Positions 26,768-36,032 of a stretch of DNA of 64,000 nt are shown here, piece after piece. The notes beneath the pieces were generated by a model. It was given only the letters and a program-made list of their open reading frames with translations, made no database searches and had not been told where the DNA came from. This stretch comes from an uncultured Chthonomonadales bacterium (GTDB lineage: Bacteria; Armatimonadota; Chthonomonadetes; Chthonomonadales; CAJBBX01), in contig CALLMM010000003.1 of NCBI GenBank assembly GCA_938005745.1, positions 10,572 through 74,571 on the forward strand, read 5' to 3'. The translations under genes were made by a program, and so were the position numbers. Numbering within the stretch: position 1 is the first letter of the stretch; each line of letters begins with the position of its first letter.

Positions 26768-26800
26768 ATTATACCTTGTTACCCTGTTTTCAACAGGGTA
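26768..26800 (-). promoter_or_regulatory. pdxS -10 box (TATAAT) abutted by a perfect 9-bp inverted repeat
   Basis: The minus strand reads TATAAT at 26773-26768. Immediately upstream, taccctgtt (26780-26788) and aacagggta (26792-26800) form a perfect palindrome across the expected -35 region. Confidence 0.4.
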
Positions 26801-26880
26801 TGCGCAGTTCGGCTGCCTGAGCGGCAGGGGCGCGCCGGAGCGTTATCTGCGGTTTACCGAGATTTCTTACGAGTTCCTAC

Positions 26881-26909
26881 TTGACAGAGTTTCGCCTCTG
26901 TTCTACTAT
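26881..26909 (+). promoter_or_regulatory. Sigma-70-type promoter TTGACA-N17-TACTAT placed for a leaderless ppk mRNA
   Basis: TTGACA at 26881-26886, a 17-nt spacer, and TACTAT at 26904-26909. The A of the ppk ATG (26916) is 7 nt past the -10 hexamer, which is the expected +1 position. Confidence 0.55.
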
Positions 26910-26915
26910 GTTCCC

Positions 26916-29066
26916 ATGATCGAAAGCCCTGTAACCTCGCGCAAGCGCTACTTTAACCGAGAGATTAGCTGGCTGGAGTTCAACCGGCGTGTGCTGGAGG
27001 AGGCGCAGGATGAGAACCATCCGCTGCTGGAGCGCGTTAAGTTCCTGAGTATCTTTCATAGCAATCAGGATGAGTTTTTTATGATCCGCGTCTCCGGGCT
27101 GCAGGAGCAGGTGGAGGCGGGGCTGCAGGAACCCAGCGATGACGGTCTCACCCCCCGCGAACAGCTTGAGATCCTCCGGGAGCGGATCATTGCGCTCAAT
27201 AAGGACGCCTGGCAGTGCTACCAGTCTCTACGGAAAAAGCTCGCAGAAAACGGCATCTGTCTCTACAACTACTCCGAACTGAACCGGACGCAGAAAACCG
27301 CCCTGCGCAGATACTTCCTGACCAGCGTCTACCCGGTCCTTACCCCGCTGGCGGTAGACCCGGCGCATCCCTTTCCCCATATCTCCAACCTGAGCCTGAG
27401 CCTCGCGGTGGTCATTCGCGATCAGGAGAACCACGAGAAGTTCGCCCGTGTCAAAATACCTCAGGTGCTTCCGCGCCTGATACCCGTGGAACTGACAGCG
27501 GCAAGGGAGGAGCCAGGCGTGGGGCGTATGCGAAAGCGTTGCTTTGTCTGGCTGGAGGAGCTGATCGCGGCGCATCTGGACACGCTCTTTCCCGGAGTGC
27601 AGGTGGTCAGCAGCTACCCGTTCCGGGTGGTTCGCGACGCCGACATCGAGATACGCGAGGATGAGGCGGGCGATCTGCTGCAGGCGATCGAACAGGTGCT
27701 GGTGCGTCGTCGGTTCGGCAGCGTGGCGATGCTGATGGTCAGCGAGGATATGCCGGATCAGATACGCACCATCCTGGAGCAGAACCTCAGTATAGATCAC
27801 TCCTATGTGTATGAATCGGAGGGACCGCTTGGGTTAAGCGCGTTGATGTCGCTCTATGATCTGGAGTACCCGCATCTCAAAGACCCTCCCTTTCGTCCGT
27901 ATGTCCCGCTGGTGCTGCACAACACACGCGACATATTCGCCTGCATCCGCAGTCAGGATATCCTGCTGCACCATCCCTACGACAGCTTTGCGCCGGTGGT
28001 GGAGTTTGTGCAGGCGGCAGCCAGCGATCCCGACGTGCTGGCGATCAAGCAGACGATCTATCGCGTGGGAAGAAACTCCCCGATCGTGGAGGCGCTGGCG
28101 CAGGCGAGCCTGAACGGGAAACAGGTCTCCGTGCTGGTGGAGTTGAAAGCCCGTTTCGATGAGGAGAACAATATCGAGTGGGCGCGCGCGCTGGAGAAGG
28201 TCGGGGTGCATGTCGTCTACGGACATGTCTCGCTCAAGACGCACTGCAAGGTTCTGCTGGTTGTGCGGCAGGAGGCGGACGGCATCCGGCGGTATGTGCA
28301 TCTGGGAACGGGTAACTACAATGCGAAGACCGCGCGGGTCTACACCGACTTCGGCATGTTTACCTGCAACCCGGAGATCGGGGAAGATGTCTCCATGCTC
28401 TTTAACTCGCTGACCGGTTACAGCGCGCATGTCCCCTACAAGAAGCTGCTCGTTTCGCCGGATGGAATTCGCAAAGGCTTGCTTGAGCGTATTCAACGGG
28501 AGATTGAGCATGTGAAAGCCGGGAGGGGAGGGCATATCATTGTGAAGATGAACTCCCTGACAGATAACCGATCCGCCGATGCTCTCTATGAAGCCAGCCA
28601 GGCGGGCGTCAAAATAGACCTGATCGTGCGCGCAAGCTGCTGCCTGATCCCCGGTGTCCCGGGAATGAGCGAGCATATCCGGGTGATCAGCATCGTCGGG
28701 CGATTTCTGGAGCACCACCGCGTCTACTACTTCCGAAACGGGGGAGAGGGGCGGGAAGAGGTGTGGCTAGGCAGCGCGGATATCATGCAGCGCAACCTCG
28801 ACCGGCGCGTGGAGACACTCTTCCCGATAGAGGATCGCGATATCAAGCTATGGATGATTCAGGAGGCTCTTCCGGCATTCTTGCGGGATACGAAACAGGC
28901 GCGCCAGTTAATGCCCGATGGCACCTACCGGCGCGTTACGCCTGTGCCGGGGGAAGAGCCGTTCGATTCGCAGATGTGGTTTCTGTCGCGCCATCAGGAG
29001 CCGATTCGTCGCACAGCGGGCATGAAAAAGGTCTACAAGCCCAACTCCTCTTCCGAGACCACGTAA
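26916..29066 (+). CDS. ppk: Polyphosphate kinase 1
   Basis: N-terminal RYFNREISWLEFNRRVLEEA and two PLD-like catalytic domains (HCKVLLVVR...; ...KMNSLTD...). 716 aa. Confidence 0.95.
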   Translation: MIESPVTSRKRYFNREISWLEFNRRVLEEAQDENHPLLERVKFLSIFHSNQDEFFMIRVSGLQEQVEAGLQEPSDDGLTPREQLEILRERIIALNKDAWQCYQSLRKKLAENGICLYNYSELNRTQKTALRRYFLTSVYPVLTPLAVDPAHPFPHISNLSLSLAVVIRDQENHEKFARVKIPQVLPRLIPVELTAAREEPGVGRMRKRCFVWLEELIAAHLDTLFPGVQVVSSYPFRVVRDADIEIREDEAGDLLQAIEQVLVRRRFGSVAMLMVSEDMPDQIRTILEQNLSIDHSYVYESEGPLGLSALMSLYDLEYPHLKDPPFRPYVPLVLHNTRDIFACIRSQDILLHHPYDSFAPVVEFVQAAASDPDVLAIKQTIYRVGRNSPIVEALAQASLNGKQVSVLVELKARFDEENNIEWARALEKVGVHVVYGHVSLKTHCKVLLVVRQEADGIRRYVHLGTGNYNAKTARVYTDFGMFTCNPEIGEDVSMLFNSLTGYSAHVPYKKLLVSPDGIRKGLLERIQREIEHVKAGRGGHIIVKMNSLTDNRSADALYEASQAGVKIDLIVRASCCLIPGVPGMSEHIRVISIVGRFLEHHRVYYFRNGGEGREEVWLGSADIMQRNLDRRVETLFPIEDRDIKLWMIQEALPAFLRDTKQARQLMPDGTYRRVTPVPGEEPFDSQMWFLSRHQEPIRRTAGMKKVYKPNSSSETT

Positions 29067-29107
29067 ATCTCAAAATGCCGTGATTCATTTTGCCGCAATA
29101 AATTAGG

Positions 29108-29113
29108 TATAAT
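29108..29113 (+). promoter_or_regulatory. Consensus -10 hexamer (TATAAT) upstream of the nuo cluster
   Basis: TATAAT at 29108-29113, 79 nt upstream of the nuoA ATG. Only weak -35 candidates exist (TTCATT at 18 nt). Confidence 0.3.
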
Positions 29114-29191
29114 GTCAGCTGTGTGTGCAGGCTTTGCCACGCCGCAGCGTAGTTTGTGAACATCTTCACAATAAGCCAGCCGGAGGCGCAG

Positions 29192-29719
29192 ATGCTCAAC
29201 GATTATCTCCCCGTTCTTGTCATGATGGCTGTCGCCACCGTGATCGCCGTAGGAATGGTTGTCGGCTCATATCTTCTCGGACCCAAAAAGCCATCGCGTT
29301 TCAAGCAGTCCTCCTATGAGTGCGGCATGACCCCGGTTGGCACCGCCCGCGAGCGGTTCCCGATCAAGTTCTACCTGATCGCCATGCTGTTCATCATCTT
29401 CGATATCGAAACGATCTTCCTCTATCCCTGGGCGGTTACCTTTGCCGGATCGGAACGCGCTGTAAAGCTGTTTAACCTGGCGGAGATGGCGATCTTTGTC
29501 GGCATCCTCTTCGTCGGATACTTCTATATCCTCTGGAAGGGCGCGTTCGACTGGGACGAGGGGCAGAGAGAGGATGCCGAACAGCCCTCGAGAAAGATCT
29601 TCGAGCCGCGCGCGCCCATACGGTTTGGCAACGAGAGCAGCGGCGAGGTGCGGCTGAAAGCCGCCGCGGACGTCTCCTCCTCGCCGACGGAAGAATCGAG
29701 CCGGCTAACGCACGTATAG
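29192..29719 (+). CDS. nuoA: NADH-quinone oxidoreductase subunit A with ~55-aa hydrophilic C-terminal tail
   Basis: YECGMTPVGTARERFPIKFYLIAMLFIIFDIETIFLYPWAV. The ATG at 29192 is preceded by GGAGG. The canonical protein ends near ...YILWKGAFDW, and the extra tail follows. Confidence 0.9.
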   Translation: MLNDYLPVLVMMAVATVIAVGMVVGSYLLGPKKPSRFKQSSYECGMTPVGTARERFPIKFYLIAMLFIIFDIETIFLYPWAVTFAGSERAVKLFNLAEMAIFVGILFVGYFYILWKGAFDWDEGQREDAEQPSRKIFEPRAPIRFGNESSGEVRLKAAADVSSSPTEESSRLTHV

Positions 29720-29746
29720 TCTAGCAGTTTGTCAGGAGAGCGAGCG

Positions 29747-30388
29747 ATGACAGAGACAGATGTGCAAGCCCCGGCGGAGCGGATAGAGATCACGAAAATC
29801 AGAGAGCAGTTTCCGGACGCCATTCTGGAGGTGAACGAGTTTCGCGGCGACACCCGCATCACGGTAAGGCGGGAGCAGATCGTTGAGATTCTCACCCTGC
29901 TGCGTGACGATCCCGACCTGCACTTCAACTTCTTCTCCGAGTGTCTCGGCGTGGACTATCTCAATGTGGACGACGAGAGCTACATTCTGGGAAAGCCCCA
30001 TCGCTTTGAGGTGGTCTACAACCTCTACTCTCTGCATGACCCCCGCACGGGCAAAGGGAGGAATCAGCGCATCTTCATCAAGGTCGGCGTGCCGGAAGAG
30101 GATCCCGTCGTGCCCTCCGTAACGGAGGTCTATCCCGGAGCGAACTTCCCTGAGCGCGAGATATACGATATGTTCGGCATCCGTTTCAGCGGACACCCGG
30201 ATCTGCGGCGTATCCTGATGGCGGATGACTGGGTCGGTCATCCCCAGCGGAAGGACTATCCGCTGGGAGGTGAGCGCGTTCAGTTCCCGGACGGCAAGTA
30301 CGGACCCGCTGTCGGAGATCGCATGGTGCAGCATCCCGGCGAGAGCTTCTTCGGCAAGACCGCCAGCGAAATCGGAGATATTGACTGA
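29747..30388 (+). CDS. nuoC: NADH-quinone oxidoreductase subunit C (30 kDa)
   Basis: EREIYDMFGIRFSGHPDLRRILM motif. The ATG at 29747 is preceded by AGGAGAG, whereas the ORF-track start at 29729 is TTG. Confidence 0.9.
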   Translation: MTETDVQAPAERIEITKIREQFPDAILEVNEFRGDTRITVRREQIVEILTLLRDDPDLHFNFFSECLGVDYLNVDDESYILGKPHRFEVVYNLYSLHDPRTGKGRNQRIFIKVGVPEEDPVVPSVTEVYPGANFPEREIYDMFGIRFSGHPDLRRILMADDWVGHPQRKDYPLGGERVQFPDGKYGPAVGDRMVQHPGESFFGKTASEIGDID

Positions 30389-30389
30389 T

Positions 30390-31625
30390 ATGACCCTTGA
30401 ATCACGCGAGCTGAACCCGCCTTCTCTGCTGGCGCAGGGCGTATCCCTCGATCCCATCAACGAAGGCACGATGGTCATCAATATGGGACCGCAGCATCCC
30501 TCTACCCATGGAGTGCTGCGTCTGGTGCTGGAGCTGGAGGGGGAGACCATCGTCAGCTGCACACCCCACATGGGATATGTCCATACCGGCATCGAAAAAG
30601 AGGGCGAGTACCAGACCTACATGAAGGCGGTTACCATCACCGACCGCATGGACTATCTGTCCGCCCACATCAATAATCTGGCTTACTCGCTGTCGGTGGA
30701 GAAGCTGCTGGGCGTCGAGGTCCCTCCCCGCGGTCAGTATCTTCGGGTCATCCTCTCCGAAATTCAGCGCATCGCCAGCCATATGGTCTGGCTGGGCACG
30801 CACGCGCTGGACATCGGCGCGATGACCGTCTTCTTCTTCGCCTTCCGGGAGCGCGAGAAGCTGCTCGATCTGACCGAGATGATGTCGGGCGTGCGGATGA
30901 TGCCCTCCTGGATCGTTCCGGGCGGACTGCGCGGAGACGCGCCGGAAGGCTGGCTCGAGCGCTGCAAGAAGGTCATGGATGAACTGCCCTATCGCTTTGA
31001 CGAGTATGAGACGCTGATTGATCAGAATCCCATTTGGCGCGAGCGCACGCAGGGCATCGGGATCATCTCTGCAGAGGACTGCTACGCGCTGGGCGTCAGC
31101 GGACCGACGCTGCGCGGCTGCGGCGTTCCTCACGATATCCGCAGAGCCGCACCCTACTGCGGCTTCGATCAGTTCGAGTTCGGCATTCCCATCGGCGATT
31201 ACGGAGATGTCTATGACCGGTATCGCGTGCGCATGGCGGAGATGCGACAGAGCCGGGAGATCATCAAGCAGGCGCTGGAGCGGATTCCGGACGGTCCGAT
31301 CAATGTCTCGGATCGCAAGGTGGTTCCTCCGCCCCGCTACGAACTCGACAGCTCGATGGAGGCGGTGATCCACCACTTCAAACTGTGGACGGAGGGCTTT
31401 CATCCGCCGGTGGGCGAAGCCTATGTGCCCGTGGAGTCTCCGAAGGGCGAGATCGGCTTCTACATCGTCTCGGACGGCTCGAACTATCCGTGGAGAATGC
31501 ACGAGCGACCGCCGTCGTTCATGAACCTTCAGGCGCTCGCCAAAATGTGCGAAGGCAGACTGATCGCCGATGTGGTTGCCATCATCGGCAGCATAGATAT
31601 CGTTCTGGGCGAAATAGACCGTTAG
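30390..31625 (+). CDS. nuoD: NADH-quinone oxidoreductase subunit D (49 kDa)
   Basis: MVINMGPQHPSTHGVLRLVLEL, and a C-terminal ...DIVLGEIDR. The ATG lies 1 nt after the nuoC stop. The ORF-track N-terminus (30225-30389) overlaps nuoC in another frame. Confidence 0.95.
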   Translation: MTLESRELNPPSLLAQGVSLDPINEGTMVINMGPQHPSTHGVLRLVLELEGETIVSCTPHMGYVHTGIEKEGEYQTYMKAVTITDRMDYLSAHINNLAYSLSVEKLLGVEVPPRGQYLRVILSEIQRIASHMVWLGTHALDIGAMTVFFFAFREREKLLDLTEMMSGVRMMPSWIVPGGLRGDAPEGWLERCKKVMDELPYRFDEYETLIDQNPIWRERTQGIGIISAEDCYALGVSGPTLRGCGVPHDIRRAAPYCGFDQFEFGIPIGDYGDVYDRYRVRMAEMRQSREIIKQALERIPDGPINVSDRKVVPPPRYELDSSMEAVIHHFKLWTEGFHPPVGEAYVPVESPKGEIGFYIVSDGSNYPWRMHERPPSFMNLQALAKMCEGRLIADVVAIIGSIDIVLGEIDR

Positions 31626-31645
31626 CCCTGTACCGGGAGTGACAG

Positions 31646-32266
31646 ATGAGTGAACAAGCGGGATATGTTCCTGTGGTTGGAGCGGTTGCCGAACCGCAGC
31701 CTGCGCCGGAGAAGTCGTATCGCTTTTCCGAACAGGCGATACAGGAGCTGGAGGAGATCTTAACCCACTACCCGGATAAGAAGTCGGCAATCCTGCCTGC
31801 GCTGTGGATCGCGCAGCGCGAATATGACGGCTACCTGCCCCCGCAGGCGATTCAGGAGGTCGCAGACCGCTTGGAACGCCCGTTTGTCGAGGTGGAAGGC
31901 GTCGCTACCTTCTACACGATGTACAACCTTCGCAAGCGCGGACGCCATCATCTGGAGGTCTGCACCTGTCTAACCTGCGCGGTGATGGGGGCGTATGAGG
32001 TGGTGCATCATCTGGAAAAGAGGCTTGGCGTGAAGGTCGGGCAGACGACCTCCGACGGCGAGTTTACGCTCTCCGAAGTGGAGTGCCTCAACTACTGCGG
32101 AGCCGCGACGGTGGTGCAGGTGGGCGATAAGTACTTTGGAAACATCACGAAAGAGAACGTGGACGAGTTGATCGAGACGCTGAGAAACTCCAATGAGTTC
32201 ACGCCCGCCGACCTTGCCAATGCCATCGTCAGGCTGCATATTCCGGAACGCACCGCAAAGAAGTAG
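31646..32266 (+). CDS. nuoE: NADH-quinone oxidoreductase subunit E (24 kDa, 2Fe-2S)
   Basis: Cys ligand pattern CTCLTC...(CLNYCGAATVVQV), with thioredoxin-like NuoE length and order. Confidence 0.9.
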   Translation: MSEQAGYVPVVGAVAEPQPAPEKSYRFSEQAIQELEEILTHYPDKKSAILPALWIAQREYDGYLPPQAIQEVADRLERPFVEVEGVATFYTMYNLRKRGRHHLEVCTCLTCAVMGAYEVVHHLEKRLGVKVGQTTSDGEFTLSEVECLNYCGAATVVQVGDKYFGNITKENVDELIETLRNSNEFTPADLANAIVRLHIPERTAKK

Positions 32267-32309
32267 CATCGCGCGCCGTCTGCAAGCATGTCGTAATCGA
32301 GGGAGTTCG

Positions 32310-33668
32310 ATGGCGGAGACACTGGTTCTACTGAAGCACCGGGATGTTCCCGGAATAGAGAATATTGATATTTACGAACAGCACGGGGGCTATGCCGGGC
32401 TGAAGAAGGCGCTCGCCATGGAGCGGGATGCAGTGATCAATGAGATCAAGACCTCCGGTCTGCGCGGTCGCGGCGGGGCGGGCTTCCCGGCATGGATTAA
32501 ATGGAGCGGCATCCCCAAAGACACGAAGAAACCGCACTATGTGCTGTGCAACGCGGATGAGGGGGAGCCCGGGACCTTCAAAGATCGCGAACTGATGCTC
32601 AAGCTCCCGCACATGGTCATCGAAGGCATGATCATTGCCGCCTATGCCACGCAGTCTGCAAAGGGCTACATCTATATCCGCGGAGAGTTCGTCGAGTCGG
32701 CGCGCAGCATTCGCCGTGCGATAGATCAGGCTTACAAAAAAGGCTATCTCGGTAAGAGCATCTGTGGGAAAGAGGGCTTCGACTTCGATCTCTACATCCA
32801 TATGGGCGCGGGCAGCTACGAATGCGGCGAAGAGTCGGCGCTGATGAGCAGCCTGATGGGAGAGCGCGGACAGCCCCGATTGAAGTTTCCCCATGCGCCG
32901 CTCCCCATTCATGAGGGCGTCTGGCAGAGTCCGACCCTCATCAACAATGTGGAGACCTACGCCGCCGCGTCCCAGATTCTGGCGCATGGCGGCGCATGGT
33001 ACGCCACGATGGGAACCGAGAACAGCAAGGGAACCAAGATCATCTCGGTCAGCGGACATGTGAAGAAGCCCGGCAACTATGAGGTCGAACTTGGCTACCC
33101 GGTGCTGGACATGATCGAACTGGCAGGCGGGGTAACGGGCGGCAAGCTGAAGGCGGTCATCCCCGGCGGCTCCTCCGTGCCGATCATCCCGGCGGAGCTG
33201 TGCAAGGACTTCAAGCTCGATTACGACGCCCATCAGGTGGTACAGTACAGTATGCGCACGATGCGTCTGCCGGTGGTCGGCTCCGGGGGCTTTATGGTCT
33301 TCAACGATAAGACCGACATCGTGGTGTTGATGCGTCGTACCGCCGAGTTCTACACGCATGAATCGTGTGGAAAGTGCACCCCCTGCCGCGAAGGGACGCG
33401 CTGGATCTTCAAAATCCTCTCCCGCATCACGACCGGGGGAGGACTGCCCGGAGACATTGATCTGCTGGTGAACATCTGCGATCAGATTGACGGACGCTCC
33501 TACTGCGGGCTGGGGGACGCGGCGGCGTGGCCCATTATGGGCGCCATCAAGCATTTCCGCCATGAGTTCGAATACTGGATCGAGCACAAGCGATCGCCGG
33601 TTGGGGAGGACTGCCTGCCTCCGGCTCCGGAGCCGCTCAATCCGCTGCTGACACTGACTCCCGTTTAG
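32310..33668 (+). CDS. nuoF: NADH-quinone oxidoreductase subunit F (51 kDa, FMN/NADH site)
   Basis: GLRGRGGAGFP, CNADEGEPGTFKDR and the N3 cluster ESCGKCTPCREG. The start is ATG 32310 (MAETLVLLKH...). Confidence 0.95.
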   Translation: MAETLVLLKHRDVPGIENIDIYEQHGGYAGLKKALAMERDAVINEIKTSGLRGRGGAGFPAWIKWSGIPKDTKKPHYVLCNADEGEPGTFKDRELMLKLPHMVIEGMIIAAYATQSAKGYIYIRGEFVESARSIRRAIDQAYKKGYLGKSICGKEGFDFDLYIHMGAGSYECGEESALMSSLMGERGQPRLKFPHAPLPIHEGVWQSPTLINNVETYAAASQILAHGGAWYATMGTENSKGTKIISVSGHVKKPGNYEVELGYPVLDMIELAGGVTGGKLKAVIPGGSSVPIIPAELCKDFKLDYDAHQVVQYSMRTMRLPVVGSGGFMVFNDKTDIVVLMRRTAEFYTHESCGKCTPCREGTRWIFKILSRITTGGGLPGDIDLLVNICDQIDGRSYCGLGDAAAWPIMGAIKHFRHEFEYWIEHKRSPVGEDCLPPAPEPLNPLLTLTPV

Positions 33669-33679
33669 AAGGATTCGAT

Positions 33680-35956
33680 ATGGCTGACGTTCCTATGGTG
33701 AACATCAAAATCAATGGGATTGCGCTGCAGGCACCGCAGGGCGAAAAGGTGATCGAGGCTGCCAGGCGAATCAACGTAGACATTCCCTTCTTCTGCTACC
33801 ATCCGCGTCTGACCATGGAGAACGGGGCAAACTGCCGTATGTGTCTGGTGGAAGTCGCGACCCCGCGCAAGAATCCGGATGGCAGCGTGGTAATGGCGAA
33901 GATGCCCAAGCCGCAGACCGCCTGCAGCCTCCCGGTTTCGGAGGGGATGGAGGTCTGGACGGAGACGGAGCAGGTGATCGCGGATCGCCGGGGGGTGCTG
34001 GAATTTCTACTTATCAACCACCCGCTCGACTGTCCCATCTGCGACCGCGGGGGAGAGTGTCCGCTGCAGAACAACACCATTCACTACGGTCCGCCGACCT
34101 CGCGCTTCATCGAGGAGAAGAGACACTTCCCGAAAGCCTATCCACTGTCGGAGTACGTGGTGTTTGATCGAGAGCGCTGTATCCACTGTGCCCGATGCAC
34201 CCGTTTCACGCAGGACATCTCCGGGGATGCTCAGCTGGACTTCCTCTTCCGTGGCGCGGATATGGAGGTGGGCACTTTCGCACACACCCGGTTCAGCTCA
34301 CGGTTCTCCGGCAATGTGATCGAACTCTGCCCGGTCGGCGCGCTGCTGTCGCGCACCTATCGCTTCAAAGCCCGCCCTTGGGACCTGATGACGCAGAAGT
34401 CCATCTGCACACAGTGCTCCAATGGCTGCAACATCAAAATAGATCATCGCGTCAGCCAGTTGCAGCGCGTCAATGCGCGGGTGAACGAGGCGGTGAACGA
34501 GGAGTGGACCTGCGACCGGGGCAAGTTCGGAATGGACTACGTCTCCTCTCCCGACCGGATCACGACGCCGTTGGTGAAGCGTGACGGCGAGTTTCAGCCC
34601 GTTACCTGGGACGAGATCAACACCCTGATCATTGACCGGCTGCAAGAGGCTGGCGCAAAGGTTGGAGGCATCGGCGGCACTCGCTCATCCAACGAAGACC
34701 TGTATGTCTGGCAGAAGTTCTTCCGGCAGACCCTCCGGGTGAATAACCTCGATCATCGCATGGGTCCGCACTTCCGACCGACTAACAGCGGTCTTTATGC
34801 GCGCTTCGGCTATCACAGCATGAACAACGCGATTGCCGATCTGGAGAAGATGAAGACGATCCTGGTCTTCGGTTCCAATCTGGTGGATGAGCAGCCGATC
34901 ATCTATCTCCGCGTTCGTAAGGCATGGCGTGCGAAAGGCGCGGGCATCGTCGAGGCGGTGCCGAGGAGCATGAAAACGGGCGAGGAAGCCAACCATGTCG
35001 GCGAGTTCGCCTCCGTACGGCTCTACTATCGTCCCGGTACGGAGGTCGCGCTGCTGCATGGTCTGCTGAACGTGATGCTCTACGAGAATCTGCTCTCCGC
35101 CGAGCGGCTGGGAGAGATCAAGAACCTCTCCATCGTCCAGAACGCGGTCAAATCCTGGGCACCAGAGATCGCGGCGAAAGAGTGCGGCGTAGAGGCGGAC
35201 GCCATCCGCCGGGCGGCTCGCCTGCTGGCGACCGACCAGATGGCGATCCTGGCGGGAGAGACCGTTACACAGCATCCCTATTCTGAGGACATTCTCAACG
35301 CGCTGGGCAACCTTGCTATCCTGACGGGCAACCCCGGCAACATCAACGTCCCGGTGACGGAGAACAACCAGCAGGGCGCGATGGATATGGGCATTCTGCC
35401 CGATGTGCTGCCAGGATATGTCGGGCTGGATCAGCCGGGTCTGAATACGAAGCAGATGCTGCAGGGAGCGGTGAGCGGGGAGATCGAGGCGTTATGGATC
35501 TCCGGGGTAGACCTGGTGAACCGCTTCTATGACAGAGATCTTGCACGGCGCGCTCTGGAAGCCTGCTCCTTTGTGGTGGTGACCGAGCATACGCTGACGG
35601 AGACGGCGCAGCTTGCCGATGTCGTTCTGCCGACCCAAAGCGTTGCGGAGCGCGATGGAACCTTCACTAACGTCGAACGGCGAGTTCAGCGTTTCTTTAA
35701 AGCCTTTGAGATCTCACCGGAGATTCATCCGGAGTGGCTGATCTTCAGCCAGCTTGCCATGCGAATGGGGGGAACTGCACCCTACTTCTCCGCCAGAGAC
35801 ATTCTGCGCGAGATCGCCGCCTCCGTGCCCATCTATCAAGCCTGTACGCCGCGCGATCTAGGCGATCAGGGCGTGCGCTGGCACTATCCGGCTGCCAATC
35901 ACACCGCGGATCTGGTGGGGGTGGAGTACCGCGCCCCGGCTGCCGTATCCGCCTGA
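33680..35956 (+). CDS. nuoG: NADH-quinone oxidoreductase subunit G (75 kDa)
   Basis: N-terminal 2Fe-2S (CYHPRL...CRMCLVEV), HPLDCPICDRGGECPLQ, CIHCARCTRF, then a molybdopterin-oxidoreductase-like domain. Confidence 0.9.
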   Translation: MADVPMVNIKINGIALQAPQGEKVIEAARRINVDIPFFCYHPRLTMENGANCRMCLVEVATPRKNPDGSVVMAKMPKPQTACSLPVSEGMEVWTETEQVIADRRGVLEFLLINHPLDCPICDRGGECPLQNNTIHYGPPTSRFIEEKRHFPKAYPLSEYVVFDRERCIHCARCTRFTQDISGDAQLDFLFRGADMEVGTFAHTRFSSRFSGNVIELCPVGALLSRTYRFKARPWDLMTQKSICTQCSNGCNIKIDHRVSQLQRVNARVNEAVNEEWTCDRGKFGMDYVSSPDRITTPLVKRDGEFQPVTWDEINTLIIDRLQEAGAKVGGIGGTRSSNEDLYVWQKFFRQTLRVNNLDHRMGPHFRPTNSGLYARFGYHSMNNAIADLEKMKTILVFGSNLVDEQPIIYLRVRKAWRAKGAGIVEAVPRSMKTGEEANHVGEFASVRLYYRPGTEVALLHGLLNVMLYENLLSAERLGEIKNLSIVQNAVKSWAPEIAAKECGVEADAIRRAARLLATDQMAILAGETVTQHPYSEDILNALGNLAILTGNPGNINVPVTENNQQGAMDMGILPDVLPGYVGLDQPGLNTKQMLQGAVSGEIEALWISGVDLVNRFYDRDLARRALEACSFVVVTEHTLTETAQLADVVLPTQSVAERDGTFTNVERRVQRFFKAFEISPEIHPEWLIFSQLAMRMGGTAPYFSARDILREIAASVPIYQACTPRDLGDQGVRWHYPAANHTADLVGVEYRAPAAVSA

Positions 35957-36032
35957 CAGCAGGCAAACTGTGTCCGTCCTGTAACCTCTTCTGCGTGTCT
36001 CTGTTCCAGACATCCGCTCCTAAGGAGCTGTT

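Noticed and set aside
29720-29746. A hidden or degraded nuoB between nuoA and nuoC (and a hidden nuoI between nuoH and nuoJ at 37166-37168)
   Set aside because: The gaps are only 27 nt and 1 nt. No alternative frame across these junctions gives an ORF with Fe-S ligand motifs, so the genes are absent rather than missed.
30402-31790. 462-aa minus-strand ORF opposite nuoD (and the similar 419-aa ORF 32328-33587 opposite nuoF)
   Set aside because: These are shadow ORFs antisense to highly conserved complex I genes, with Arg/Ala/His-rich composition and no motifs.
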